NCBI GenBank assembly: GCA_021108405.1
Contig: JAIOQW010000336.1
Span: 1,777-65,776, forward strand
DNA: 64,000 nt
Direction of reading: 5' to 3'
From: Methanosarcinales archaeon
Lineage (GTDB): Archaea; Halobacteriota; Methanosarcinia; Methanosarcinales; Methanocomedenaceae
Below are positions 10,801 to 17,458 of the stretch, one piece after another. Position numbers and translations under genes: made by a program. Position 1 is the stretch's first letter; every line of letters begins with the position of its first letter. The notes beneath the pieces are model-generated. The model searched no databases. It was not told where the DNA came from and was given only the letters and a program-made list of their open reading frames with translations.

Positions 10801-11660
10801 CAACCGACCTTGGAATCTGTGCAATAAATATAAATTTCAATTCCTCGGTTCTTCATGTACTAGACATTACACCCGGTGATATGGGTGATCTGATATATAA
10901 TTTCAACAACACAACTGGCTGGATGTATATTAGCGTGATAAACAGATCAGGACTAAGCGGGAATGTAATCTTTGCATATCTCAAACTTGCTGCGACTGGT
11001 AGTATAGATGATACAAGTTTTCTTGATATCACTGTAGAGCAACTTTATGACATTCATTACATGCCAATCGATCATATTGTATCCAATGGAATGTTCACCA
11101 TAACAGATAACCGGCCACCGGTTGTAACAGATGCATCAGCAAGCAGGAATACTATTCTAAACGATAATGGCAGACCCAGAGCACCTGGAACAAATGTTAC
11201 CGTATTAAGTGCCATAGTAACTGACGCAAAAAGCAGCAGTATATCAAAAGTTACCATTAACCTATCATCAATAGGAAGATCAGCAGTCCAGCCTATGGAA
11301 CGAATTCCAGGAACCAATATCTGGGAAGTGACCACAAATGCAGTGGAGGGTATTAACCATACACATCAATTGACTATCAATGCCACGGATATTAGAGGTA
11401 ATTATAACAATTCAGTGAACATCACACTAAGCGTTCTAAGAAGAGGTGATGTAAACAGGGATAATATCATTGACAGTAAGGATGTGATATATATAGCAAG
11501 ATACCTTGTATCATTAGAACCTGAATATTCAAACCCACCAGGCATACTGGTCGCAGATGTTGTGGGCATATCAGCAGATCCGAAGGGTGATGGTGTAGTG
11601 GATTTATTGGATGCACTTTATATAAAAAGGTATGAAGTCGGTTTGGAGGATGAGCCATAA
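7839..11660 (+). CDS. Giant surface protein: signal peptide, two beta-helix modules, Ig/CARDB-like region, cohesin domain, Ig-like domain, C-terminal dockerin
   Basis: The likely true start is ATG 7908 (MAIMLLFVVAVFFCATVNA signal peptide). AEELHVGSGEVYSTISGAVDAA..GNYIENVDV opens the beta-helix. Two GGNYW.DYTG.DTD.DG.GD..PYN motifs are present. The cohesin-like segment is ~10728-11105 (KIYIENIVVDPEEKITVPIMIKSP..LHVLDITPGDMG). Dockerin-like duplicated Ca-loops lie at ~11439-11657 (GDVNRDNIIDSKDV...DGVVDLLDALYI). Confidence 0.75.
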   Translation: MELDRYILCNPVSSIKGTLSRVCMAIMLLFVVAVFFCATVNAEELHVGSGEVYSTISGAVDAASDGDVVIVHAGNYIENVDVDKRLDLQGAGADVVTVTAGNPNDHVFDVYANRVNISGFTVTGAEYGTNDEMIGGIYLYTMGHCNILNNNISNNGWGIILDGFNNTLTNNIINSNENNGIALIGFNNTITNNTINSNKYDGISVYAFNNTIKNNIIDSNKGFGISIAEPNNTLLHNIISNNRVGVLLGEYNHVLISNNISNNEIGISLSHSVHNILVNNTVSNNGIGIQLHNSNSNKLTNNIINSNNNSGIFMSESRYNKIINNTVLDNEMGIYLDLSGSNRIYNNYFNNINNVYDNFIERSSTIAGTNIWNIYEKTPGTNIIGRSWLGGNYWSDYTGKDTDGDGLGDSQIPYNCLGNITEGGDYHPLVRYGPRSPPIIITAPTGSAPVCRNGAEQLWINFTCFVPDLKNYTIIIRNSTAIINSATIESTASGTEHSISENFYLNSTATDGLYNVSVEVYDNASNYYFSYQNNSVVKCIYNAVISQPADQTTYPDKNATYELEITNTGNFKETYVLAITMIDPVDIAVLDKTEITDIEVGESCDVILYIADADTGIYRAILNVISKSTGIKVAQTDCIMTFVNYDNVGPADIYVNTSGWWRKNGRFNGCMAPIQTAVNIAATGETIFVYNGSYTGHVSVNKRLTLQGESVNGVIVHGVCNWKNVINVESDWVNISGFTLVEQGAGKFQGYSDGIGVFGNNCIISNNIISSSTGSIYVIGNNSTISNNIFGGDKIRVFGDYCNILNNSGSGIFISGNYSNILNNSGGGIYISGNYCNISYNIVSNTNGDGIHLDNSSDNALTGNTLLNNRCGLHLDCSEDNIIFNNYFNNSYNAYDNGNNTWNTTKTAGLNIIGGPYISGNYWIDYTGNDTDSDGSGDTQIPYNCSGNITTGGDYYPLVTTNSTKIYIENIVVDPEEKITVPIMIKSPTDLGICAININFNSSVLHVLDITPGDMGDLIYNFNNTTGWMYISVINRSGLSGNVIFAYLKLAATGSIDDTSFLDITVEQLYDIHYMPIDHIVSNGMFTITDNRPPVVTDASASRNTILNDNGRPRAPGTNVTVLSAIVTDAKSSSISKVTINLSSIGRSAVQPMERIPGTNIWEVTTNAVEGINHTHQLTINATDIRGNYNNSVNITLSVLRRGDVNRDNIIDSKDVIYIARYLVSLEPEYSNPPGILVADVVGISADPKGDGVVDLLDALYIKRYEVGLEDEP

Positions 11661-11725
11661 TTAAGAGCAAACAATTATGTACATAGTCAGGCATTTACCA
11701 TCCTAAACTATAGACCCTGACAATC

Positions 11726-13432
11726 ATGTTCCTACAATTCAGATCAGAAGTAATAGAAGTCCTATCCACAACCTTAAAAGAACTCGATCTCCCTGTCAAT
11801 GACCTTGATATTGAAGAGTCCATTCACGCTGATCTTGCTTCTCTGGTTGCATTCAAGTTAGCACCAATATGCAAAAAGAGTCCCGTGGATATAGCCCGAA
11901 TGATACACTCATCTATCAAACTCCATGATGATGGGCTTATCGAGAAAGTTGAAACAACAGGTCCGTATTTAAATTTCTTTGTTACCAGGAAGTTTTTAGA
12001 TAAGACACTATACAACATTCAAGAACAAGGAGTGGATATCAAGTCCCTTGAGAACCGCGGTAAAGTGATCCTGGAGCATACATCGGTCAACCCCAACGGA
12101 CCGCTGCATGTTGGACATATCCGAAACTCCATTATTGGTGATACACTTACCAGGATCCTCAAAAGAGCTGGCTATGAAGTAGAATCCCAGTATTACATCA
12201 ATGATATGGGCCGGCAGATCGCTATAGTTTCATGGGCACTGGAACAATTCGATTTTGATCCTGAAAAAAAACCTGACCATGCTATTGCTGATATTTATAT
12301 CAAGGCTAATCAAGTGCTGGAACAGGAACCTGAAAAGGTAGCCTACATAGATGAACTGATGCAGCGTATCGAAAAGGGTGATACTGAAATTGCTAAGCAG
12401 TTCAAGCACGGCGTTGAGCTGGCTATGGACGGTATCAAGCATACACTCGATCGCATGAATATCAAACATGATTCCTTTGCCTGGGAATCTACATTTGTCA
12501 GGAACCAGGATGTAGATAACACTATAGAACGTATAAAGAAGACTGGCAGGGCTAAAATCCATGACGGCGCATTAATGGTTGATCTGTTAGATTACGGCTT
12601 TAAGAAAAAACTGGTGATCCAGCGAAGTGACGGGACATCCCTGTATACCACCAGGGATCTTGCCTACCATCTCTGGAAAGCCGGAAGGTGTACCTGGATG
12701 ATCGATGTTCTGGGTGCTGACCACAAGCTTATATCAGGTCAGTTAAAGGCTGTTTTGAATGCACTTGGCGAGAAGGAACCTGATATTGTAATATTCGAGT
12801 TCGTATCCCTTCCCGAAGGCAGTATGAGCACCAGGCGCGGAAAATTCATAACAACTGATGAACTGCTGGACCAGGTCGAAGCCCAGGCATTGCTTGAAGT
12901 AGAGAAGCGCAGACCTGATACTACTTCGCAGTTCAAACAACAGGTGGCAAAATTTGTTGGTATCGGAGCAGTCAGGTATGATGTGATCAAGGTATCACCG
13001 GAAAAATCCACTGTCTTTGACTGGCGTGAAGCGCTTGATTTTGAGAAACAGGGTGCTCCTTTTATCCAGTACAGCCATGCCAGGGCATGCAGTATACTGG
13101 CTAATGCGAAAGGATCAGGTTTTTATCAAATAAATACGGATCACGATATTGATGTATCTGTGCTGATCGAAGATACTGAGATCGAGCTGATCAAACAATT
13201 AAGCCGCTTTTTGTGGGTAATAGAAACGGCTGCCAGGGACCTGAAACCTCATTATCTTGCTGTATATGCCAGAGAGCTGGCAGATTCGTTTAACCAATTC
13301 TACAGGGATGTACCGGTACTAAGCGCTGATGAACACCTGCGCGGCTCAAGACTTGTACTGGTGGACTGTGCCAGGACCATGCTGGAAGTAGCGCTTGATA
13401 CCCTGGGAATATACCCTCCGCAGAATATGTAA
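11726..13432 (+). CDS. argS: Arginine--tRNA ligase
   Basis: 568 aa. Class I HIGH variant NPNGPLHVGH, typical ArgRS body, and the C-terminal DALR-type anticodon-binding region (...YARELADSFNQFYRD). Confidence 0.9.
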   Translation: MFLQFRSEVIEVLSTTLKELDLPVNDLDIEESIHADLASLVAFKLAPICKKSPVDIARMIHSSIKLHDDGLIEKVETTGPYLNFFVTRKFLDKTLYNIQEQGVDIKSLENRGKVILEHTSVNPNGPLHVGHIRNSIIGDTLTRILKRAGYEVESQYYINDMGRQIAIVSWALEQFDFDPEKKPDHAIADIYIKANQVLEQEPEKVAYIDELMQRIEKGDTEIAKQFKHGVELAMDGIKHTLDRMNIKHDSFAWESTFVRNQDVDNTIERIKKTGRAKIHDGALMVDLLDYGFKKKLVIQRSDGTSLYTTRDLAYHLWKAGRCTWMIDVLGADHKLISGQLKAVLNALGEKEPDIVIFEFVSLPEGSMSTRRGKFITTDELLDQVEAQALLEVEKRRPDTTSQFKQQVAKFVGIGAVRYDVIKVSPEKSTVFDWREALDFEKQGAPFIQYSHARACSILANAKGSGFYQINTDHDIDVSVLIEDTEIELIKQLSRFLWVIETAARDLKPHYLAVYARELADSFNQFYRDVPVLSADEHLRGSRLVLVDCARTMLEVALDTLGIYPPQNM

Positions 13433-13475
13433 GCAAATACCGAAAAAGTAATCATTGATATGCTCATACAAATCT

Positions 13476-13502
13476 ATTATTATTATTATTATTATTATTA
13501 TT
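13476..13502. repeat. (ATT)9 microsatellite
   Basis: Nine perfect ATT units sit between the argS stop and the purS start. Confidence 0.95.
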
Positions 13503-13507
13503 AGATA

Positions 13508-13774
13508 TTGAGGTATAATATAATGCAATATCATATTGAAGTTACTATCGGACTTAAGGACGGGATGCTTGATCCCGAAGCTGCTACCATAAGAAAAGCA
13601 CTTGAACACCTGGGATATCCCACTGTTTCTCTGGGATTGCAGAAAAAGTTTATCATTGATCTGGATGAAGCATCATCGGATGAGGCATATAGTAAAGTAG
13701 ATGAGATGTGCAAAAGACTGCTGGCAAATCCGGTGATACATAATTATGACATTGTTATAGAGGAATCAATATGA
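13508..13774 (+). CDS. purS: Phosphoribosylformylglycinamidine synthase subunit PurS
   Basis: ~84 aa. The likely start is ATG 13523 (MQYHIEVTIGLKDGMLDPEA...). The stop overlaps the purQ start (ATGA at 13771-13774). Confidence 0.85.
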   Translation: MRYNIMQYHIEVTIGLKDGMLDPEAATIRKALEHLGYPTVSLGLQKKFIIDLDEASSDEAYSKVDEMCKRLLANPVIHNYDIVIEESI

Positions 13775-14472
13775 AGATCGCAGTTCTTCAGTTCGGCGGC
13801 AGCAATTGCGATTATGATGTGCAGTATGTACTAAGTGAGATCATCGGAGTGGATACTGATCTTGTATGGTATAAAGATGAGTTAAATGGATATGACGGTG
13901 TGGTAATACCAGGAGGTTTCTCATACGGGGACTATCTGCGTGCAGGTGCTATCGCAGCCAGGACGCCTATTATGAATTCCATCAAGAGGATGGCAGAAGA
14001 AGGTCTTCCGGTCATAGGTATCTGCAACGGTTTTCAGGTTCTGGTAGAATCAGGTATGCTGCCCGGCGCTCTGATGACTAACCAGTATCCAAAATTTCGA
14101 TGTCAATGGGTTTATCTCAAAGTAGAGAACAATACTTCACCTTTTACCAGGGAATTTAAGGAAGGTGAGATTATCAGGATACCTATTGCTCATATGGAAG
14201 GAAATTACTTTGCCGATGAATCTGTTATATCCGGGCTTAATTCCAGGCATAGGGTCGCATTTCGATATGTGGATCCAGGTGGTAATGCCACAGAGGAAGT
14301 AAATCCTAATGGTTCAAAGCAGAATATTGCAGGAATCCTGAATGTACAGGGTAATGTACTCGGGATGATGCCCCATCCTGAAAGAGCATCAGAGGAGATA
14401 CTGGGCTCAAAAGATGGAAAGAAAATATTTCATTCGATGATAAAATATATTTCGTCCCTGGTTTCTACTTAA
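13771..14472 (+). CDS. purQ: Phosphoribosylformylglycinamidine synthase glutaminase subunit PurQ
   Basis: GGFSYGDYLRAGA, catalytic GICNGFQ, and a C-terminal MPHPER triad motif. Confidence 0.9.
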   Translation: MKIAVLQFGGSNCDYDVQYVLSEIIGVDTDLVWYKDELNGYDGVVIPGGFSYGDYLRAGAIAARTPIMNSIKRMAEEGLPVIGICNGFQVLVESGMLPGALMTNQYPKFRCQWVYLKVENNTSPFTREFKEGEIIRIPIAHMEGNYFADESVISGLNSRHRVAFRYVDPGGNATEEVNPNGSKQNIAGILNVQGNVLGMMPHPERASEEILGSKDGKKIFHSMIKYISSLVST

Positions 14473-14490
14473 GCTAATGGCAAAATTCGT

Positions 14491-14937
14491 ATGACGATTT
14501 TTAAGGGCGATAATATGGGACAAAACATTATTTCAAAAAAGTTTTATAAATTTGTACCACTAACATTTTTCATAGTAATAGGCATTATAGGTATCATCAT
14601 GTTCTACCCCTCATCAGAGTTACCATTTTATATAAGTATCATGTCAATTCTACTTGGTGCAATATACGGAGCATGCATGGGATGGATAGGTAGTATAGCG
14701 TATCAAATTAGAAAAACCAATAAAATTGATTCCTTAAAAATTATAATCGCTGTCATACTTTCTTCACCGCCGTATTTAGGAATTGGTTACTTAATTATAA
14801 AGGTCCCGGAGAAATGGGATGTGTGTCTTCTTGCAGGATCAGGTATGCTAATAGGCTCAGGAATTTATCTGTTTATCTGGTATATGAGTCATAACTGGAA
14901 ATCAACTCAGGGATCAGACAAACAGTCTATACACTAG
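14491..14937 (+). CDS. Hypothetical membrane protein (4 predicted TM segments)
   Basis: Hydrophobic stretches throughout. An alternative start is ATG 14515. No recognised domain. Confidence 0.5.
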   Translation: MTIFKGDNMGQNIISKKFYKFVPLTFFIVIGIIGIIMFYPSSELPFYISIMSILLGAIYGACMGWIGSIAYQIRKTNKIDSLKIIIAVILSSPPYLGIGYLIIKVPEKWDVCLLAGSGMLIGSGIYLFIWYMSHNWKSTQGSDKQSIH

Positions 14938-15458
14938 TTCTCTATATTATTTTCATATAGCACCCAACCCGATGAATCAATTTTTCCATTTGGTAGTATT
15001 ACTATTGTTCCATCATCAGTTTTAATACGTGTTTTTCTCAATGTTACATCAAATATTTCTCCACTGTGACCCATGGTTTTGATACTATCTCCTATATTGA
15101 AATGTCTATCTAATAAAAGAAATACACCCGCAACTGCATCAGCCAGAATATCCTTAACAGCAAGAGCAATTGCAGCACCAACAAGAACAGATGCTCCCAT
15201 AAGTGGTAGAAAGATCTCTTCTAAATTTAATTCTATAGTGGTGTACATCAAGACAGCGAAGCATAAAAGATATATTACGATCCTTCGCAGGAGGAATTGT
15301 ACGTCTATAGGTAAAAGTGTATTATTCAGCAATCGCTTAATAAACCTGCTAATTAAAGTAATTATAAAAAAAGCAGCGATTATAACTAATATAACTTTTA
15401 CATATGGTAAAATTTCTTCATACTCATTAAGAAAATTCATATTTTCTGATACATTCAT
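14934..15458 (-). CDS. Small MscS-family mechanosensitive channel-like protein
   Basis: Three N-terminal TM helices, then LLLDRHFNIGDSIKTMGHSGEIFDVTLRKTRIKTDDGTIVILPNGKI, which is the MscS beta-domain signature. Confidence 0.6.
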   Translation of the reverse strand: MNVSENMNFLNEYEEILPYVKVILVIIAAFFIITLISRFIKRLLNNTLLPIDVQFLLRRIVIYLLCFAVLMYTTIELNLEEIFLPLMGASVLVGAAIALAVKDILADAVAGVFLLLDRHFNIGDSIKTMGHSGEIFDVTLRKTRIKTDDGTIVILPNGKIDSSGWVLYENNIEN

Positions 15459-15524
15459 TTCTATTTCCTCATTTTATTCCACTGGTGTCGGACTCAAGTA
15501 AAGGAATCTTCGTATTTATCTGTT

Positions 15525-15668
15525 ATTTCTTTTTATAGTATATCAAGATAACAATAGGAACAAAATCCTCCCTTCGGTCGGATTTTCTTGACTGAAGCTT
15601 CGAAGAAGCTGAAGATTAGAAAATGTGAAACATTTTCGATATATCAAGTAATACTTGATATACTATAC
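15525..15668 (+). repeat. Family A element, copy A2, with 14-bp terminal inverted repeats
   Basis: TATAGTATATCAAG (15525-15538) and CTTGATATACTATA (15654-15667) bracket the core AAAATCCTCCCTTCGGTCGGATTTTCTTGACTGAAGCTTCGAAGAAGCTGAAGATTAGAAAATGTGAAACATTTTCGATATATCAAGTAATACTTGATAT. Confidence 0.9.
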
Positions 15669-15858
15669 AAAAATTTCAATAATTACTTATATGATTAATA
15701 CTTAAGCAAACTCACACATAATAGCAATCGATGATGTTTCTGATTTTATTCAGGTCAATGGATATGGATTCGCAGAGAAAAAACTTGAAAATCCAATATT
15801 CATGGAGGGGATAAAAACGCAAATTGTAAATGATTGTTATTAATTTGGAGGATAAGAA

Positions 15859-16233
15859 ATGAAAAAAAATATACAAATAACAGCAATTCTTATGGCACTT
15901 GCAATATTTGGATTGTGCGCACTTATTGCCCCTGTTTGCGCAGATTCTGAGGCTACAGATGCCGAAGAAGTAGTTGCTGAAGACGAAGGAAACGCAAGTA
16001 ATGAATCAGAAGCTGCAGACGCAGATGCAGACTCTGAAGCAGCAGATGCAGATGCAGACTCTGAAGCAGCAGATGCAGTTGCAGACTCTGTAGCAGTAGA
16101 CGCAGATGCGGACTCTGAAGCAGCAGTTGCAGATAATGATTCCGAAGATGCAGAACCCTCACCAGGCTTTGGCATAGTCGCTGTAATGATCTCAATGGCA
16201 GTATTATTCCTATTAATTAGGAAGAATGAATAA
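15859..16233 (+). CDS. Small secreted acidic repeat protein with PGF-CTERM-like anchor
   Basis: GGAGG lies 8 nt upstream. The signal peptide is MKKNIQITAILMALAIFGLCALIAPVCA. The D/E/A/S-rich body has 9-aa repeats (DADADSEAA). The C-terminus is SPGFGIVAVMISMAVLFLLIRKNE. Confidence 0.75.
   Translation: MKKNIQITAILMALAIFGLCALIAPVCADSEATDAEEVVAEDEGNASNESEAADADADSEAADADADSEAADAVADSVAVDADADSEAAVADNDSEDAEPSPGFGIVAVMISMAVLFLLIRKNE
16018..16152 (+). repeat. 27-nt in-frame tandem repeat (4 good units plus 1 degenerate)
   Basis: GAYGCAGATGCAGACTCTGAAGCAGCA units at 16018, 16045, 16072 and 16099, and a degenerate unit at 16126. Confidence 0.9.
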
Positions 16234-16259
16234 AGAGCCTTATGGCTCTTCTTTTTTTT
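16233..16259 (+). terminator. Hairpin plus T8 terminator-like signal
   Basis: AAGAGCC-TTAT-GGCTCTT followed by C and eight T, starting within the stop codon of 15859..16233. Confidence 0.6.
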
Positions 16260-16261
16260 AA

Positions 16262-16389
16262 ATATATCAAGTATAACTTGATATATCGAAAATGCTCACT
16301 CTGTTCACATTTTCTAATCTTCAGCTTCTTCTAATCTTCAGCTTCTTCTAATCTTCAGTCAAGAAAATCCGAGCGTTAGTGAGGATTTT
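16262..16389 (-). repeat. Family A element, copy A4
   Basis: ATATCAAGT-ATA-ACTTGATAT, AAAATGCTCACTCTGTTCACATTTTCTAATCTTCAG, three tandem TCTAATCTTCAGCTTCT-type units, then AAAATCCGAGCGTTAGTGAGGATTTT. Confidence 0.9.
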
Positions 16390-16426
16390 GTTTCAAAAAA
16401 TTGTTGAAATAATTAATGTTAAACAA

Positions 16427-16439
16427 AACCTTTAAATTA
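16427..16439 (+). promoter_or_regulatory. BRE/TATA-like motif AACCTTTAAATTA (copy 1)
   Basis: Identical 13-mer to 16707-16719, but ~155 nt upstream of tRNA-Met with no ORF in between. Confidence 0.4.
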
Positions 16440-16592
16440 AAGAATAACATTACAAGGAGTCGAAAGATAACGGATATAATGTTATAGAACTTTAATCGTG
16501 AAGTCACCGTCTGTTAAATATCTTTTACGGCGTACATCAATCCGAATGTCAAAGGTTTTTAAGACCTGTTGACAGCGCATAAGCTTCCAAGG

Positions 16593-16667
16593 GGGCCTAT
16601 AGCTTAGTCAGGTTAGAGCGCCCGGCTCATAACCGGGCGGTCACCGGTTCAAATCCGGTTAGGCCCA
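16593..16667 (+). tRNA. tRNA with anticodon CAT (elongator Met or Ile2; not initiator-like)
   Basis: Manual cloverleaf: GGGCCTA/TAGGCCC acceptor, anticodon stem CCCGG/CCGGG, loop CTCATAA, T-arm ACCGG-TTCAAAT-CCGGT, discriminator A. 75 nt with no encoded CCA. It lacks the GGG/CCC anticodon-stem signature of initiators. Confidence 0.9.
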
Positions 16668-16706
16668 TAACGATCAATAATTTATCCCGAGTACCGCATT
16701 GAACAC

Positions 16707-16719
16707 AACCTTTAAATTA
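16707..16719 (+). promoter_or_regulatory. BRE/TATA-like motif AACCTTTAAATTA (copy 2), promoter of tRNA-Asn
   Basis: Centred ~48 nt upstream of the mature 5' end of tRNA-Asn, consistent with an archaeal TATA box plus a short leader. Confidence 0.5.
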
Positions 16720-16760
16720 GAGCATGTCAATAGAACGTGTCAATAGAAAATAGACATAAT

Positions 16761-16857
16761 GCCGCCATAACTCAGTTGGTAGAGTGTCTGGCTGTTAAAT
16801 AACCTTAAGTGGTATGCAGCAACCAGAATGTCACAGGTCCGAGTCCTGTTGGCGGCG
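16761..16857 (+). tRNA. tRNA-Asn (GTT) with a 24-nt intron at position 37/38
   Basis: GCCGCCA/TGGCGGC acceptor, D-arm ACTC-AGTTGGTA-GAGT, anticodon stem TCTGG...CCAGA (16787-91 and 16823-27), anticodon GTT at 16794-96. The intron is ~16798-16821. T-arm ACAGG-TCCGAGT-CCTGT. 73 nt after splicing. Confidence 0.9.
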
Positions 16858-16890
16858 TATTTAACAGTTTAAGAAAAAGGAGGATTTAGT

Positions 16891-17361
16891 ATTAAGACGA
16901 TCGAAGTTCCAGAAGCATTAGGTGGGGTATTAAATGGATTTCGTAAGATCACCAAGTATTCTAAGATAATAACATTCATTGGTACACCAGGGTTTTGCAC
17001 TCCATTTGCGGAATTAATATCCTTTGTGATTCGAGATAGTGGAATCGAAATAGCTTTTATACCCAACATCTCAGTTGATAAGGCAAGGACCATTATCTCT
17101 ACTTCACAGGGCATGCAGCTCGGTGAGAGTACTGATCCGTCATGTGATACGGTAGTTCTGCTGGGTGGTCTCGCTATGCCGAAGATGAAAATGGATGTCA
17201 ACAAAATTAAGAATATCATAGAAGACATCACAAACACTGATAAACCCTTAATAATCGGGATTTGTTTTATGAGCATCTTCAAGGAATCCGGATGGATAGA
17301 TGTGATTGATTTCGATTATATAATTGATTCCTACATAAAAAATACTACACTTGAAAAGTAA
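16891..17361 (+). CDS. Conserved hypothetical protein (DUF2124-like?) with uncertain, possibly non-canonical start
   Basis: The frame is open from 16873. The first ATG/GTG/TTG in frame is GTG 17026 (track ORF). The 45 upstream codons look like real protein (IKTIEVPEALGGVLNGFRKITKYSKIITFIGTPGFCTPFAELISF) and are preceded by GGAGGA (16879-84) plus 6 nt before ATT 16891. Confidence 0.45.
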   Translation: MKTIEVPEALGGVLNGFRKITKYSKIITFIGTPGFCTPFAELISFVIRDSGIEIAFIPNISVDKARTIISTSQGMQLGESTDPSCDTVVLLGGLAMPKMKMDVNKIKNIIEDITNTDKPLIIGICFMSIFKESGWIDVIDFDYIIDSYIKNTTLEK

Positions 17362-17458
17362 CCGGCAGTTCCGAGTTCCTATTAGTATTGCCAGGTACGA
17401 TTCCGGACAAAGATTAATTAGTGATAATAGATCATATATTATGTCAGGAGGATAAAAC

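Noticed and set aside
15840-16195. Ala/Ser-rich 111-aa and Leu/Gln-rich 80-aa ORFs on the minus strand.
   Set aside because: They are antisense to the acidic repeat gene 15859-16233. That gene has an RBS, a signal peptide and a PGF-type tail, and the low-complexity antisense frames stay open by composition alone.
16869-17282. 137-aa minus-strand ORF.
   Set aside because: It is antisense to the plus-strand gene 16891-17361, which has an RBS and protein-like conserved motifs. The minus-frame product looks hydrophobic and low in complexity.
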